Part shown: positions 40,725 through 54,474 of the stretch, one piece after another | Layout of the letters: every line of letters begins with the position of its first letter | How positions within the stretch are numbered: the first letter of the stretch is position 1 | Assembly (NCBI GenBank): GCA_951406725.2 | Contig: OX597820.1 | Span: 86,614,001 to 86,678,000, forward strand | Reading direction: 5' to 3' | DNA length: 64,000 nucleotides | Origin: Octopus vulgaris | Lineage: Eukaryota | Translations under genes and position numbers: made by a program | The notes under the pieces: model-generated | What the model was told of the DNA's origin: nothing | Seen by the model: only the letters and a program-made list of their open reading frames with translations | The model's database searches: none

Positions 40725-42529
40725 TATGCACACGTTCTGTCTGTACAAGTACACACAAATTTTGATAAATTTGTAAACATTCTGTACAAGTAGTATATAT
40801 TTCCAAGAAAATGATAATTCTTTTCTTATTGCACCTTTCCCTTTTCGAACCTTCACGAGTCACAGAAATGAATGAGCGGATTGTACAACATCAGGAGCTA
40901 CTAGACTATGTCCATGTGTTGTGTTCATCGGCCACATAGCTTCTGATGTTATCATGTTTTAATCTTGAGTATTTTACTGAGTCAATAAGGGAACAGTTCT
41001 GTGTTATGTTAGTAGGGGAGGCCACTCTACAGTACCATACTATAAGTGGCTTAAGGACAAGAGAAGATTTCTCTTGATAAAAGTGTTAAACAACTTAGAT
41101 AACATATTCTTTGGTGTGTTATTTTCATTGAAACGTATGTAGAGAACGTGTCGTTTTCCGTTGAGATTATATATTAATATAGGACACTCCCCTGCAATGC
41201 ATTAACTGCGTTGCATGTTTTATTCGCGAATGGTTTGACCTTTTCGATGATAGTTCATTTTGTCAACGTGTTGTGGATTTCAATATGTTTATGTTTCCAG
41301 ATATGTTGAGACAAAGAAGACTCTTGATGCAATGAAATTCTGTATTTGCAAGATATTTTGTGCTTGGAAAATATTCAGTGCCTACAAGATATTCTGTGTT
41401 TACAAGAATGTTTAAAAGTGTCCTCTGTCAAATTTAGTTGCGTAATTTTAAAACCACCTTCTGTTGTTTGTGTGGTTTTACACCCTCACACAATTGATAT
41501 GCATTTTCTATTAAGGTGTTTTCTTTCCTTGCATTTATGCTGTCGGAGTGTGAAAGGATTTGTGAATTATTGGTCACGGACAGAGACTTATATTCTGAAA
41601 CAACTCAATGCTTTACTACATTTATATAGAAAATGTTTAACAGATAGACAATTAAATTATCGTATAAATTTCAAATGTAAAAGGAGAAACTTTTAAAGAT
41701 TATCAAAAATACACAAATGTACATTGATGATTGTTTCACGTGAAAGAACAAGGTATGGTTGTATGAATATACTCTCACCGATCTAAAATTAGGATTCGCT
41801 GTAGCTAGCTCGACGTGCTAGAAACATTACTACTGTAATTTATCTTGCTAAAGTAAGTTATCTTGCTGAAACAGTTCTTGAAGCATATACAAAGCTTTAA
41901 AGGAAACGATTTCCATGTGCTCACACATCTAACAAGAAGAGAGGAAGAAAATACTTATATTACTTTGTGTAATGTTGTGAACTTATAAATCAAATTACAG
42001 AATCGAAATTATCAAATGCAAGCTATATTCGTCTGCTTATGAACTAGCAGACTATTTGATAATTGGATTTATCATAGTTGGCGCCAAATTATTTTTTAAG
42101 AAAATTGCTTTATTTTCGGTGGTATAGCTTGTCCACAAAAGTCAAGCACGGCTGGAAGTACCAAAGATGCAATAACTTACGTGAACCTAGTTTGGGGATA
42201 TAAATTAAAAACAATGAACAATCCCCACATATACTCGAAAATAGTTTCAGTAAATACTTGAAAATAACAGGTGCAGATTCCTGGATAACTGTTTCCTTCT
42301 ATGGAGAGAAAATACTGATCAGCTAAATGAATTTGTAATTCTATAAACACCATAAATATGATTTACTATGGAATACAAGACGACTAACTCCTTTTCTTGA
42401 ATATATAAAAATGAGAAATTCATACTGATTTTTACTAAAATCCTAACAAATCAAGAAATACCTTCTATATACCCGAAATATATTCGAGCTGACATAATGT
42501 TTTAAATCATTTAATAGAAAATTGTAAAC

Positions 42530-42905
42530 AAGAGTCACTGTGTGGTAAGAAGTTTGCTTTCAAACCACATAGTTCTGGGTCCAGTCCCACTGTATAGTTC
42601 TTTGGGCTAGTATCTTCTATTGTAGCCTCGGGTCAACCAAAGCTTTTTGGGTGGATTTGGTAGACGGAAACTGGAAGAAGCCTGTCGTTGATGTGTATAT
42701 GCGTGTGTCCACCAACCATTGACAACAGTTGTTGTCAGTTGGTGTTTACGTCCCCGTAACCAGCGGTTCGGCAAAAGGGACCGAGAGAATAAGGGCTTAA
42801 AAAAATAAGTACTGGGGTCGATCCGTTCGACTAAAATTCTTCAAGGCAGTTCCCCAGCATAACCACAGTCTAATGACCAAAACAAGTGAAAGATAAAAGA
42901 GAAGG
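42530..42905 (+). mobile_element. CORE-type tRNA SINE, near full length
   Basis: GTGTGGTAAGAAG..CAGTCCCACTG..TTGGGC..TCTTCTA..GGATTTGGTAGACGGAAACTG, ending AACAAGTGAAAGATAAAAGA. Confidence 0.88.
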
Positions 42906-43939
42906 GAGAAAATGCTTACCAGAAAAATACCGTTAATATTTAACCAACAAAGAATTCGAGAAACAGAATAAGCTCGTATTCTGGTACTTCAAAAATCCTA
43001 AACGCGAAAGTGAAACTTTAAAATATATAACTCAACTTTTAATTTAAAAACGTCGCCCTTTTACATTAAAATCTAGCATTATTACTTCAAGATCAATAAA
43101 TGAAAAAATCATTGAATTTACATCTCACCGTTGAAAGTTCCAGTCAACAAAAGCCTAAAGTCGGAAAATGCAAGCTACCCATTTTCAAAATTAAAATAAC
43201 TTCGTGTATTTTTATGCACAAATGGCTCTATTTGCCCAACTGGGTGGTATACCACCATCATCAAATTAGGCAACCATACACGAGAATTTCCCCTTAGTAG
43301 GCATATTATAATTACGGGGAACAAACCTTCTCGAATTTTACAATTGTCTCTCATTTTTTGCTTGGCGGTTCAACAGCGTAACGTCAATGAATTAGCAAAG
43401 ACGTAAAATTCATAGACAAATCTCAACCAACATTTACTGCAATGACTTTCAATTGACATGCCTTCATTATGTCCTTTAAGGGATTTCATTATGACTCTTG
43501 AAATAACTTTATACATCCCTTAATATTAAGGTGCTTAGATCCCAAACTAAGACTCCATTCTCTTTATGGGAAGTCTGTAACTATACTTATTTTATTTTGT
43601 TTAATATTGTTTGGTAAATACGAAAAATATTTTATGAAATTTGATAAAACATAGTGACCTTAAAAGTACTCAGATGTGAAACCAGAAGGAAAAATTTATG
43701 ACTATGTTTTTGGTACAGTTAATTTTCAAATTATTTTAAAATATTTATGATACTGCATTTTCAACTTCTTTTTCCTATATAACATGATTAGTATAGATTA
43801 GAGACATGGCATAAAAGAATGCTGTTTTTAAGAAGATGCTCCGAACACTCTTTAATTTGATAAGATTCACATCACGCCAGGTTAGTTCATCATCAATATA
43901 TACGTGGAAGTATGTTTGATGCACTTGGCGATTTGCTGC

Positions 43940-44885
43940 AAGTTAAACAATGAAGGGTTTTGAGGGACAATATATTTTGTTGCATCAGACCAATAGGGAA
44001 GATATTTTGTACCGTACGCAGTCTTATATGTGGACCCAACGTTTCAGATTTCGAAGAACATCCACCGAAAACTATCCCGTATTTTTTAAGGTCTTCCAAC
44101 AAAGAAGATATCAAAGTTCGAATAATGATCCATGAAAGCCATCGCTTGACTGCCGCTTACGTTTATGGAGGAACCGGTATTTTTAGTTTGGATCACATGA
44201 TGCTGTTGCTGCAAATTTTCTGCCATGTCTGTTAACAGATAAAGAAAAAAAAGGAATCGAGTCGTAGTAAAATCAGAAGCTCCTTCATCGCTCCAGTGCT
44301 GATGATATCTTTTTGAAATGTCGAAGCAAGTGATGAATCCTAGGAGTATAGCTACGAGGGTGAAATAAAAAGTCAGTCACTGCAGTGGGTTGGATCATTG
44401 TCTTTTCGACTAAAATAGAGATGGCTATAGTTAATCAAATGTGAAGGTGTTGGTCATTCTTTTATTAGGACGATAAACTTCACGATCAGTTTAATCCACG
44501 GGGTGAGACAATCACTTGGATGTCAAGAGAAATATGAGAAAGGTAGCGGGGAAGATGTCTGTAGTATCAACAAATAGAACTGGATGTTGCACTGCGACAA
44601 CGAATCCGTTCGTGTCTTACTCATCCGCAATTAGCATACAAGGTAAGACACGGCGCTCTGAGGAATTAGCCCTTGCAGAAATTTTTTTTACTTCTATCTA
44701 TTTATTCATTTGTAGATCAAGTATTTCATATCTTCAGAGAAATGTCACTGATTTCTGGTGATAGAAAATAGCGGGGAAATGACAATGTTAAATGCGCACA
44801 GCCTGTTCCAGGAAACCTAAAACAGAAAACAGAGGAATTAAGTGTGGTTAATTGAAAGCGTGGGGAAACATTTTGAAGGAGAGAA
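43940..44885 (+). mobile_element. Mariner transposase remnant (old)
   Basis: SYMWTQRFRFRRTS (HTH region), a DES-like first catalytic Asp region and terminal GKHFEG. Many stops. Confidence 0.6.
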
Positions 44886-45071
44886 TCTAAACAAAATTAA
44901 ATTCGATATACATATATAACATGTTTGTGTATGTGTGTATGAGTGTGTGTATGCGCGCGCGTGTATGTATGTAACCTTTGTGCATGTGTATATATCTACC
45001 ATTCTGTCCCTTTTCTCCCTCTATCTCCGTCTCTCCCACTCTCTCTCCCCCGCTCTCTCTCTCTCTCTCAC

Positions 45072-45152
<81 letters not shown>

Positions 45153-45599
45153 ATAGATAGAGAGACAGAAGTAGATTGATGGCTAGATAATATATAGAAA
45201 GATAGATTTTGTGATTCCTCCACGGCTTAGAAGTATTTTGACTTCTATTTTTAGCGATGCAGGTGATCATTTTGTACCCTTATATGTATATATATATCTT
45301 ATATATATTTCATTAATTTGCCTGTACGGCTTATGTTCGCAGCCACCAACGATAGCATTTTTAAAAGTATTATCGTTCTCATATTTATCTATGAATAATC
45401 TCACGTATTTCGCTTGTTTAAATGGTTGTTTGACTACTTCAAAGGAATTTATAAGCATGATAGGGGCAAATTCTAGTAACTGTCCCTGGCAGATTTGGCT
45501 GAGGAGACTCAGATATTGTTTGGCGCTAAATTCGAAATTATTATATCAAACTAACCAGAATTCCTCTTGCAGACTTTGCGATATATGTATATATATATA

Positions 45600-46016
45600 T
45601 CTTTTACTCTTTTTCTCTTTTACTTGTTTCAGTCATTTGACTGCGGCCATGCTGGAGCACCGCCTTTAGTCGACCAAATCGACCCCCGGGACTTATTCTT
45701 TATAAGCCCAGTACTTATTCTATCGGTCTCTTTTGCCGAACCGCTAAGTGAAGGGGACGTAAACACACCAGCATCGGTTGTCAAGTAATACTAGAGGGAG
45801 AAACACAGACACACAAACATATACACACATACATATATATATATATACATATATACGACAGGCTTCTTTCAGTTTCCGCCTACCAAATCCACTCACAAGG
45901 CTTTGGTCGGCCCGAGGCTATAGCAGAAGACACTTGCCCAAGATGCCACGCAGTGGGACTGAACTCGGAACCATGTGGTTGGTTAGCAAGCTACTTACCA
46001 CACAGCCACTCCTGCG

Positions 46017-46018
<2 letters not shown>
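45600..46018 (-). mobile_element. Full-length CORE-type tRNA SINE (octopus OR-like)
   Basis: Head GGCGCAGGAGTGGCTGTGTGGTAAG, CORE-like TTGGGCAAGTGTCTTCT, an internal (TA/TG)n and an (AAAAGAG)-like tail. Confidence 0.92.
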
Positions 46019-46068
<50 letters not shown>

Positions 46069-46080
46069 TACGCACACACA

Positions 46081-46155
<75 letters not shown>

Positions 46156-46162
46156 GCACACA

Positions 46163-46263
<101 letters not shown>

Positions 46264-46571
46264 CTGGACGGCTTATGCTCGTAGCCACCAACGACGGTAT
46301 TTTTTAAAGTATCATCGTTCCCATTTTTATTTCTATATATTCGAGTATGTATACATCTACTTATTATAAGTATACATATATATGTATGTGTCTGGGCGTA
46401 TGTTTGTGTGTATATTTGTATATTTCTCTTTATATGTCGATGTATATATCTTAAACGTATACAAGGACTGTTTATAGCTTAGGGTTCAGCAGCTTTAGAG
46501 AGGTTACAACAGCCAAGCTATTTTCACTCTACGCTCCCTATGATCCATAACGTAATAAAATGGATATACGT

Positions 46572-46621
<50 letters not shown>

Positions 46622-46625
46622 TAGG

Positions 46626-46715
<90 letters not shown>

Positions 46716-46931
46716 TATGTGTGTGTGTGTGTATGTATGTGCATATATATGTATGTTTGTATATTACTTATATACATATATATATATGTGTATCTATATA
46801 TGCTCATATGTGTATATGGTGTGTGTGAGTGATGTCTATATATGTATGCGTATATGTATATATATACTCAGACAGGGGGAGTGAGAGAGTGACATACAGA
46901 CAGACAGACAGACATACTGACAGCCAGACAA

Positions 46932-47013
<82 letters not shown>

Positions 47014-47378
47014 GATAGATAAAAGATGAAGGGGGATATAAACGAATTTAGATCATCTTGTTGGTGTAATATTATTACAATTTCACTATAAAAATCCTCT
47101 TATAACTAAAAATCCGAAACATGGCAGATTGTTCAGGGTGAAGGTGAAGGTCAAAGTCAAGATGAAGGTCATAGAAGGTCAACCGAAAATAGAAAATGGA
47201 TAATAGAATCGTTGAGAGAAAAAGAAGCTTAGAGTGGGCAATTTGATTCATATATTCCTCCAGCAGATACACTCACACGTATATACCAGTCCACGTGAAA
47301 GCGTGCGCGTAACGTGTGCGTGTCAGTGTGTTTGTGTGCGCGCGCACACCCATATATACATACACATATATTTATACG

Positions 47379-47437
<59 letters not shown>

Positions 47438-47527
47438 GCGTGTATACATATGTACATATATGTACACACCTAAATATATATACATATATACGTCCATATA
47501 TGTACACGCGCACACACACACACTAAC

Positions 47528-47559
<32 letters not shown>

Positions 47560-48374
47560 TCACATGCATATACATATAAAGGGTGAGAAAGGGAAGGACA
47601 AGGACAGGGAGACAAATATATATATTTATATATACATATATATATTTACGCATGCTTGTATATATGTTTATATATATGGGTGTGTGCGTGTAAGAACGCA
47701 TACACACACACATATATACACACTCACATATATATATATATATACATATGTGTGCGTATGTCTGTGCGTGTGTGTTGTGTGTGTGTGTCTATGTATGTAT
47801 ACATGTGTGTGTATGTCTATGTATTTATATATGTATGTCTGTGTGTGTGTGTGTGTGTATGTTTGTATCTATGTGCGAGCATGTGTCTATATATGTACAT
47901 ATATGAATGCATATATGTATGGCTTAATAACAAATGATTAATTGATACTTGTAATTAATTCTTATGCCTGACTCAGCTAATTAGTGTGAAATACCTACTT
48001 AATATTGTTGGCAAACTGGCAAGCGAATGCACAGCCTGTTTGGCATTGTATTTGTGTGAGTGTACGTTACTTGAATAAAACGGATTGACAAATATTTGAT
48101 ATTTGATGAAATCGATTTTTGGACCAAGTGAGATTAATTATGCCGTACACTATAGAGCATAGGAATTTATTAATTGCAGATTACGGAAATATGTCTAGTC
48201 ATCCTTTAGAGTCAGAATAAAAGTGCGATGCTAGAAATGATTGTGTATTTAAGAAGTTCGCTTCGCTATCACTTAGCTTCAGGTTCATTCCCCCGTGGCA
48301 GCTTTAACAAGTAATTTCTACTGTAGATTCGTGGAATTTAGTTGACGGAAATTCTGAAGAAACATGCAAATATG

Positions 48375-48434
<60 letters not shown>

Positions 48435-48438
<4 letters not shown>

Positions 48439-48757
48439 CTACCGTTGTTTGTCAACAACTATCGGCGTTGTATATTTCGTTTGTCACTGTTATTTATGAC
48501 ATCGTTCGTGCGTTTGTACTGGTTTTAGCTTTAAGGTTTTAGGGTTAGGGTTAGGGTTCGGGTTTTAAGGTTAGAGTTACGGAGAAAAAAAAATAGAAAT
48601 GAAGCACGAACGATTATGGTGGAGCCATGAAGTAAATATTTTTCAGATACACTCGTTTATTCATACAAACGTAACAGAGATGAAATATGTCATAAATAAC
48701 AGTAACAAACGAAATATATACCGCCGGAAGTTGTTGTTGACAAACAACGACAGTAAT
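48435..48757. mobile_element. MITE with ~65-bp TIRs and internal (TTAGGG)3
   Basis: ATTACTACCGTTGTTTGTCAACAAC...TTATTTATGACAT pairs with ATGTCATAAATAA...GTTGTTGACAAACAACGACAGTAAT. TTAGGG x3 at 48539-48556. Confidence 0.82.
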
Positions 48758-48959
48758 TTTATTCAGCATAATACACGTCATTCATTGGTTGAAATTGCTG
48801 AAATACGACAATTTCAACAAAAAATAACTTCCAAAATACAGAATTTTCTCAACAACGCTAAGAGTAAAAGATGTTCTATGTGACACATCGTACCAGTATA
48901 TGAAGTTTGAAAGTGTTTAGTTACAAAAAATTATTTTTTAAATCTGTCGGTCAAAAGAT

Positions 48960-49252
48960 TTTGTCGGTCTCTTTTGCCGAACCGCTAAGTTTTATTTCTA
49001 TATAACACACCAACACCGGTTGTCAAGTGGTGATGAGAGAAAAACACAGACACAACGACACACACATATAGGCATATGTACATATATAAACGTCGGGCTT
49101 CTTTCAGTTTCCGTCTACCAAATCCACTCGCAAGGACTTAGTCGGCCTGAGGCTATATTAGAAGACACATTCCGAAGGTGTCACGCAACGGGACGGAAGC
49201 TTGAACCATGCGATTGAGAAATAAACTTCTTAGCACACGGCCACTCCTTTGC
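48960..49252 (-). mobile_element. CORE-type SINE (3'-truncated)
   Basis: Colinear with 45720-46018. Confidence 0.85.
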
Positions 49253-49368
49253 CGATATGTGTGTGTGCGTGCGTGTGTATGTATGTATGTATGTGTGTGT
49301 GTATGTATGTACGTATATACAGTATATACAGTGTATATGTATATGCATGTGTATGTATATATATATAT

Positions 49369-52300
49369 AATTTTAATCCAAACGGGAAAACAAAAAAAAA
49401 CAACAACAGTGGAACAATTACAGTATTATTATTAATAGGCGCTCAGGAAATATGGAAGCAGGAAGGTATGACGTTTCGAGCGGAGCTCTTCGTCGGAAAC
49501 ATAAAGAAGGAAGAGAGAGGAAAGAAAGATCCCAAAGCGGGCAACAGGAGATGGAGAAAAAAACGACTGGTGTTTATGAAGTACACATGGTGAAAGGCGG
49601 AAGTTTACGATAACAAGAGCAAAGTAGGTTTTTAAAGCCAAAAGAGTGGAGACAGGGTTGGTAACGCAACAGATGTGTGTGTATGTGTGAGTGTGTGCGT
49701 GTGCGTGTGTGTATGTGTGTGTGAGGCGAGATAAAAAAACAAAAAATATATGTATGTGTTAGTGTGTGCGTCTGTGTGTAGGCGTGTGAGGTAGGGCGAG
49801 ACAGTAGTAGGCATAGCAGACAGTGGTCAGTAGTAAGAAAATGAAGGAAGGAGGAAGGGAGGGAGGGGAAGGGGTGGGGGCGTATGTAGCGTGCCAGCGT
49901 GTGTTGAGTAGTAGTGTGTGTGTGTGTCCAGTGTCGTGGTAGTATTAATGGCGAGTAGATTGAATGTGTGTAAGAGTAATGTATATATTTAAGCAATGTG
50001 TGTGTGTGAGTGGGTGTGTATATGTGTGCGCGTGTGTGTAACAAAAAAGGGGGGTTAAGGAAAAAGGACTCCAGCTGAGGGGAAGATGGAAGAGTGGTCC
50101 CGCGGAGACGGGCGTGGGAGAACCCAACGACAAGCGACGGTCCCAGGAACGAGCGGGAGGTCTCGTCGGGTCCAAGAGCGAGGTGCATGCAGCGCGTATG
50201 CGTGCGCGAACCGGCGCAAGCGCGTGTGTGCGCGCGCCTGCGAGTATGCGCGTAAGTATGTATGTGTGTGGATGTGTGAGTGTGTCTGTGTATATGTCTG
50301 GGTGTCAGTGTGTCCGATGAATGTATGTGAGTATGTGTGTATATATGTGTGTGCATAGATGTATGTCCGTGTGTGTGTGTGTGTGTGTATGTATGTACGT
50401 GTGGGTGTGTGGAAGTGTGTGTATGTGCATGTGTGTGCGCGTACATACAGGTGTGTGAGTGAGTGTGTGTGTGTGTATATATGTGTGAGTGTGTATGTAT
50501 GTGTGTGTAGGATGCATGTATGTGTATGGGTGTATGTATGTGTGTGTGTATGTATGTATGTGTACGTGCGTGTGTGTGTGTATGCGTGTAGGTGTGCGCG
50601 TGTGCATGCATGTGCGTATGTGTGTGTGTGTGCATGTGTGTGGGTATATATGTATGTGCGTATATGTGTGTGTATGTGCGTACATGTGTGTGTGTGTATG
50701 CATGTGTGTGTATGTAGGTGTGTAGGCGTGTGTGTATAGGTGTATGTATGTAAGTATGTATGGGTGTGTCCGTGTATGTGTGTGTATGTATGTGTGTGTA
50801 TGTAGGTGTGTGGGCGTGTGTATATAGGTGTATGTATGTATGTCTGGGTGTGTCCGTGCATGTTTGTGTGTGTGTGTGTATGCATGTGTATGTAGGTGTG
50901 TGTGTACGTGTGTAATGTATGTGTGTATGCGTGTGTGTGCGTGTGTATGCGTGCGTGTGTGTATGTAGGTGCGTATGTATGTGTGTGGGAGTGTAGGTGT
51001 GTGTGTGCGTGTGCGTGTTTATGTTGGTGTGTGCGTATGTGAGTGTGAGTGTATGGGTGTTTGTCATGCATGTGTGTGCGCGTGCAGGCGAGTGTGTGTG
51101 TAAGTATGTGTGTGTGTATGTTTGTGTGAGTGTGTATGTGTGTATGTCTGTGTGTATGTATGTGCGTATAGGAGTATGTAGGTATGTGTGTGTGTATGTG
51201 TATGGGTGTATGTATGTATGTGTGTGTGTGTGCATGTGTATAAGTATGTGTGTGCGTATGTGTGTGTATGTGTATGTGTGTGTTTATGTATGTGTGTATG
51301 TATGTGTGTAGGCGTGTGTGTGTAGATGTATGTATGTATGGGTGTGTGTCTGTGTGTGTTTGTGTGTGTGTGTAGGTAGGTGTGTGTGTCTGAGTGAGGG
51401 TATGGCTGTGTAGGTGTGTGTGTATGAATGTAAGTGTGTGTGTGTACAAGTGTAATGTATGTATGTAGATGTGTGTGTGTGTATGTGTACGTGTGCGTGT
51501 GTATGTGTGTGTGTGTATGCGTGTGAGTGTGAGTGTATGGGTGTATGTCTGTGTGTGTGTATGTCTGAAGAAGGTATGTGTGTGTATGTATGTATGTGTG
51601 TGTGTGTGCGGGTATGTGTGTGTGTGTATGTGTGTGTGTGTGAGAGTAGGTGTGCGTGTATGTATGTGGGTAGGGATGCATGCGAGTGTGTGGGTATGTA
51701 TGCATACATACGCACGCGCACATCCGAAGCAAGCCCACACACACGAAGCGCGCTCACGCACACAACGCACAAGCAATACAACGCCAGCCCATGGGGCCGA
51801 CCAAGCCCCCAGCGCGCGCCAAAGGCCCTCGAACGCCCCGCTACGCGGGAACCGAGGATCCATCAGCCAAAACCGGAAAGCAGAAAAGAGGGGGGGCTGC
51901 CTGGATGCAAAACGGTGTATGTGTGTGTGCATTCAGTGTAAGGGTGTGCATGTGTGGGTATGTATGTATGTGTGTGCCTACATGTATGTGTGTGCCTACA
52001 TGTATGTGTGCATGTGTGTGTGTGTGAAGTATGTACGTGCGGTGTGTGTGTGAGTGTGTGTGTATGTATGTGCGTATGTATGTGTGTATGTATGTGTGTA
52101 TGTATGTCTGTGTGTGTGTGTGTGTGTGTAAGTATGTATGTGTGTGTGTATGTATGTATGTGTGTGTGTATGTGCATGTTGGTTTGTATGTTAGTGTGTG
52201 CATGTATGTCTATAAGTGTGTGTGATTAAATGTGTGAATGTATGTACGTAGATGGGTCTACGTATGTGTGTGTGTGAACAGGCGTGTGGGAGGTAGGTAG

Positions 52301-53469
52301 GTGTGTGTGTGTGTGTGGGTGGTGTATCCGGGAAACAAAAAAAAAAAAGAAGCGGATCTCAAGAGGAGGGGGCTGTGTTAAGTCCGTGTGGGGTAGTAGT
52401 TTGTAGGGTGAAGATGTAGCGTTGCTCCAAGTGGAGCCTGGAAAGTGGGCGACCATTGTGGGGGGCGAGACCAAACACTGAGATGTCATCTAGGGAATGG
52501 CCGGCCGAGCGGAAGTGGCGTGCGACGGGAGAAAAAGAGTGTAGGCGAACGTCCCTCAAATGTTCAGTGAAACGGTCGGACAACCGGCGTCCCGTCTGTC
52601 CTACATACAGCATCCCGCATAGGTTGCATTTAATGCAGTAAATAAGGCCAGACGAAGTGCACGTAAAAGAGTGCCTAATGCGTACAGTATGCTGGTTGGA
52701 GCCGGTGACAGCGGTGGTGTTGGTGATGAAGGGGCAAGTGTTGCAGCGGGATCTAGAGCAAGGGAATGATCCGTGTGGGGCTGAGGGGGAAGGAGAGAGG
52801 GTGCTGTGGACCAGGAGGTCACGCAGATTGCGGGCTCGTTTGAAGGAGGACAGGGGTGGGTTAGGGAAAATGGGGCGGGTGGTGGGATCAAGCTGGAGGC
52901 GACGGAAGGCACGTAGTATCTTGCGACGAAGGGGTAGGGTAGAGGGGTGGAAAAGGAAGGGGAAGGGGGCGGGGGGCGGGGGAAGGAGACAGGGCGGTAG
53001 TGCGGTCGATGCGACGGGCGCGGGTGAGGGCATCAGAGAGGAGTATGGGTGGGTAACCTCGGAGTCTGAACATGCGGGCCAGGTATTGAGATTGGGTCTC
53101 GAAATCCTGGTCGCGGCTGCACAAACGTCGGAGGCGGAGGAACTGGGAGTAGGGGATGGCTCGTTTGGTGTGGAAGGGGTGGGAGGAAGAGAAGTTGAGA
53201 TAGAGGTGGGAATCCGTAGGTTTAAAGAAGGCGGTGGTGGTGAGAGAGTTGGAGGGGTGATCGATGCGGAGAGAGATGTCAAGGAAGTTGACAGAGGTGT
53301 TGGAGATGGTGGAGGTGAATTGAAGAGAGAGGGGTGAAAGTTGGAAAGGAAAGAGATGAATTGGCAGAGAAGTTCACGGGAAAGGGAGGTGGCACCTACG
53401 CAGTCGTCGATATAGCGACCGTATAGTTCGGGGGTCGGCCCAGAGAACTGGGAGAACACTTGGGCCTCA

Positions 53470-53472
<3 letters not shown>
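49369..53472 (-). mobile_element. 5'-truncated Penelope-like element (Neptune/Naiad-type) with a long CA-rich 3' region, inserted in (TA)n
   Basis: RT/GIY-YIG ORF at 52359-53472, ~2.7 kb of degenerate CA-rich sequence, a terminal segment with a hammerhead-like motif at 49466-49500, and TA repeats on both sides. Confidence 0.8.
52359..53472 (-). pseudogene. PLE reverse transcriptase (C-terminal half) + Cys-rich linker + GIY-YIG endonuclease, with two compensating frameshifts
   Basis: YGRYIDD catalytic motif. The alternate frame gives FLDI..KPTDSHLYLNFSSSHP..IPYSQFLRLRRLCS. Then PCSRSRCNTCPFI and LIYCIKC..YVGQTGRRLSDRFTEH..HF..EQRYI..PHGLN. Confidence 0.93.
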
Positions 53473-53523
<51 letters not shown>

Positions 53524-53615
53524 TAGAAAAAAACACCCTTTATCAATTCAATAATGAAAAAATTAAATTATACAATTTAGAAAAAATTATATCTTATAGA
53601 AAGATTAAATATAAG

Positions 53616-53837
53616 ATAAAACATATAACAATGATTAAGCATTGTGCAAAATAATAAATAAATGTATATATTTGGTATACATTTTATTTATTATTTTGCA
53701 CATTACTTAATCATTGGTATATGTTTTATATTTTCTCCATCAGCATGGGACTTCAAATATATTTGATATTTAAATATTAACAGTATCCGCCTGAATATAT
53801 TCAACGTCAGTACCGGCAGTACTGACGTTGAATATGA

Positions 53838-53883
<46 letters not shown>

Positions 53884-54474
53884 TGTGTGTGTGTTTGTAC
53901 AAAGAGAGAATCAAATAAGAAATTGAAAGTCCTTGGTACAGAATTATATATTGAAAAAATGAATTGAAATGACATATAATTCAATTGTTATTATTAAAGT
54001 GAAAGTATCTGACATAAAATAGAGAAACGCTTTTGTTTCACATTTAACACGTAATACTGAAATAGTGGAGAAGATATGATATTGCTATGGGCTCGCTCTA
54101 GGCAAGAAGTTGAACATTTCTTTTGCCGATGACACTCCCTGGACCCTAAGTAAGGCATATGTAAAATTTGAATGAAATTGGTTGTCTAGTTCTCAAGTTT
54201 TAGGGAAACACACAGACAGACAGACACACATTCTCAGTTTTATATATATAAAGATACATATATATATACAAGAAAAATTAGAAATGGCTTTTCTGATCAT
54301 TTTGCGACTTTAATAGTTAGATGTTTATAACTTTTTTGTAAGCGTATAAACATCTAATTATTAAAGTGGGAAAAATTATCAGCAAAAGTCATTTCAATTC
54401 ATTTTTTCAATATATAATTTTGTACCAAGGACTTTCAATTTCTTATTTGACTCTCTCTTTGTACAAACACACAC
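53616..54474. repeat. Cluster of fold-back inverted repeats
   Basis: Hairpins at 53616-53729, 53797-53835 (17-bp perfect stem) and 54281-54395. Long-range inverted pair 53881-53973 / 54388-54474. Confidence 0.88.
53975..54255 (-). mobile_element. Non-autonomous Helitron-like 5' end with (CTGT)n
   Basis: Minus strand begins A|TCTTTATATATATAAAACTGAGAATGTGTGTCTGTCTGTCTGT, the usual layout of microsatellite-bearing Helitron derivatives. Confidence 0.55.

Noticed and set aside
40870-41600. Possible piggyBac remnant (Cys-rich C-terminus-like translation)
   Set aside because: The similarity is too decayed to support without a profile search.
48539-48556. True telomere or chromosome fusion site
   Set aside because: Only three perfect units, and they are internal to a TIR-bounded element.
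49574-51932. Long ORFs of 553 and 625 aa rich in H/T/Y
   Set aside because: Translations of CA-rich low-complexity DNA that cannot form stops in several frames. No domain is recognisable.
52359-52361. TGA as selenocysteine (as in some Naiad PLEs)
   Set aside because: It falls at the natural end of the GIY-YIG domain. I see no in-frame TGA at Cys positions and no recognisable SECIS.
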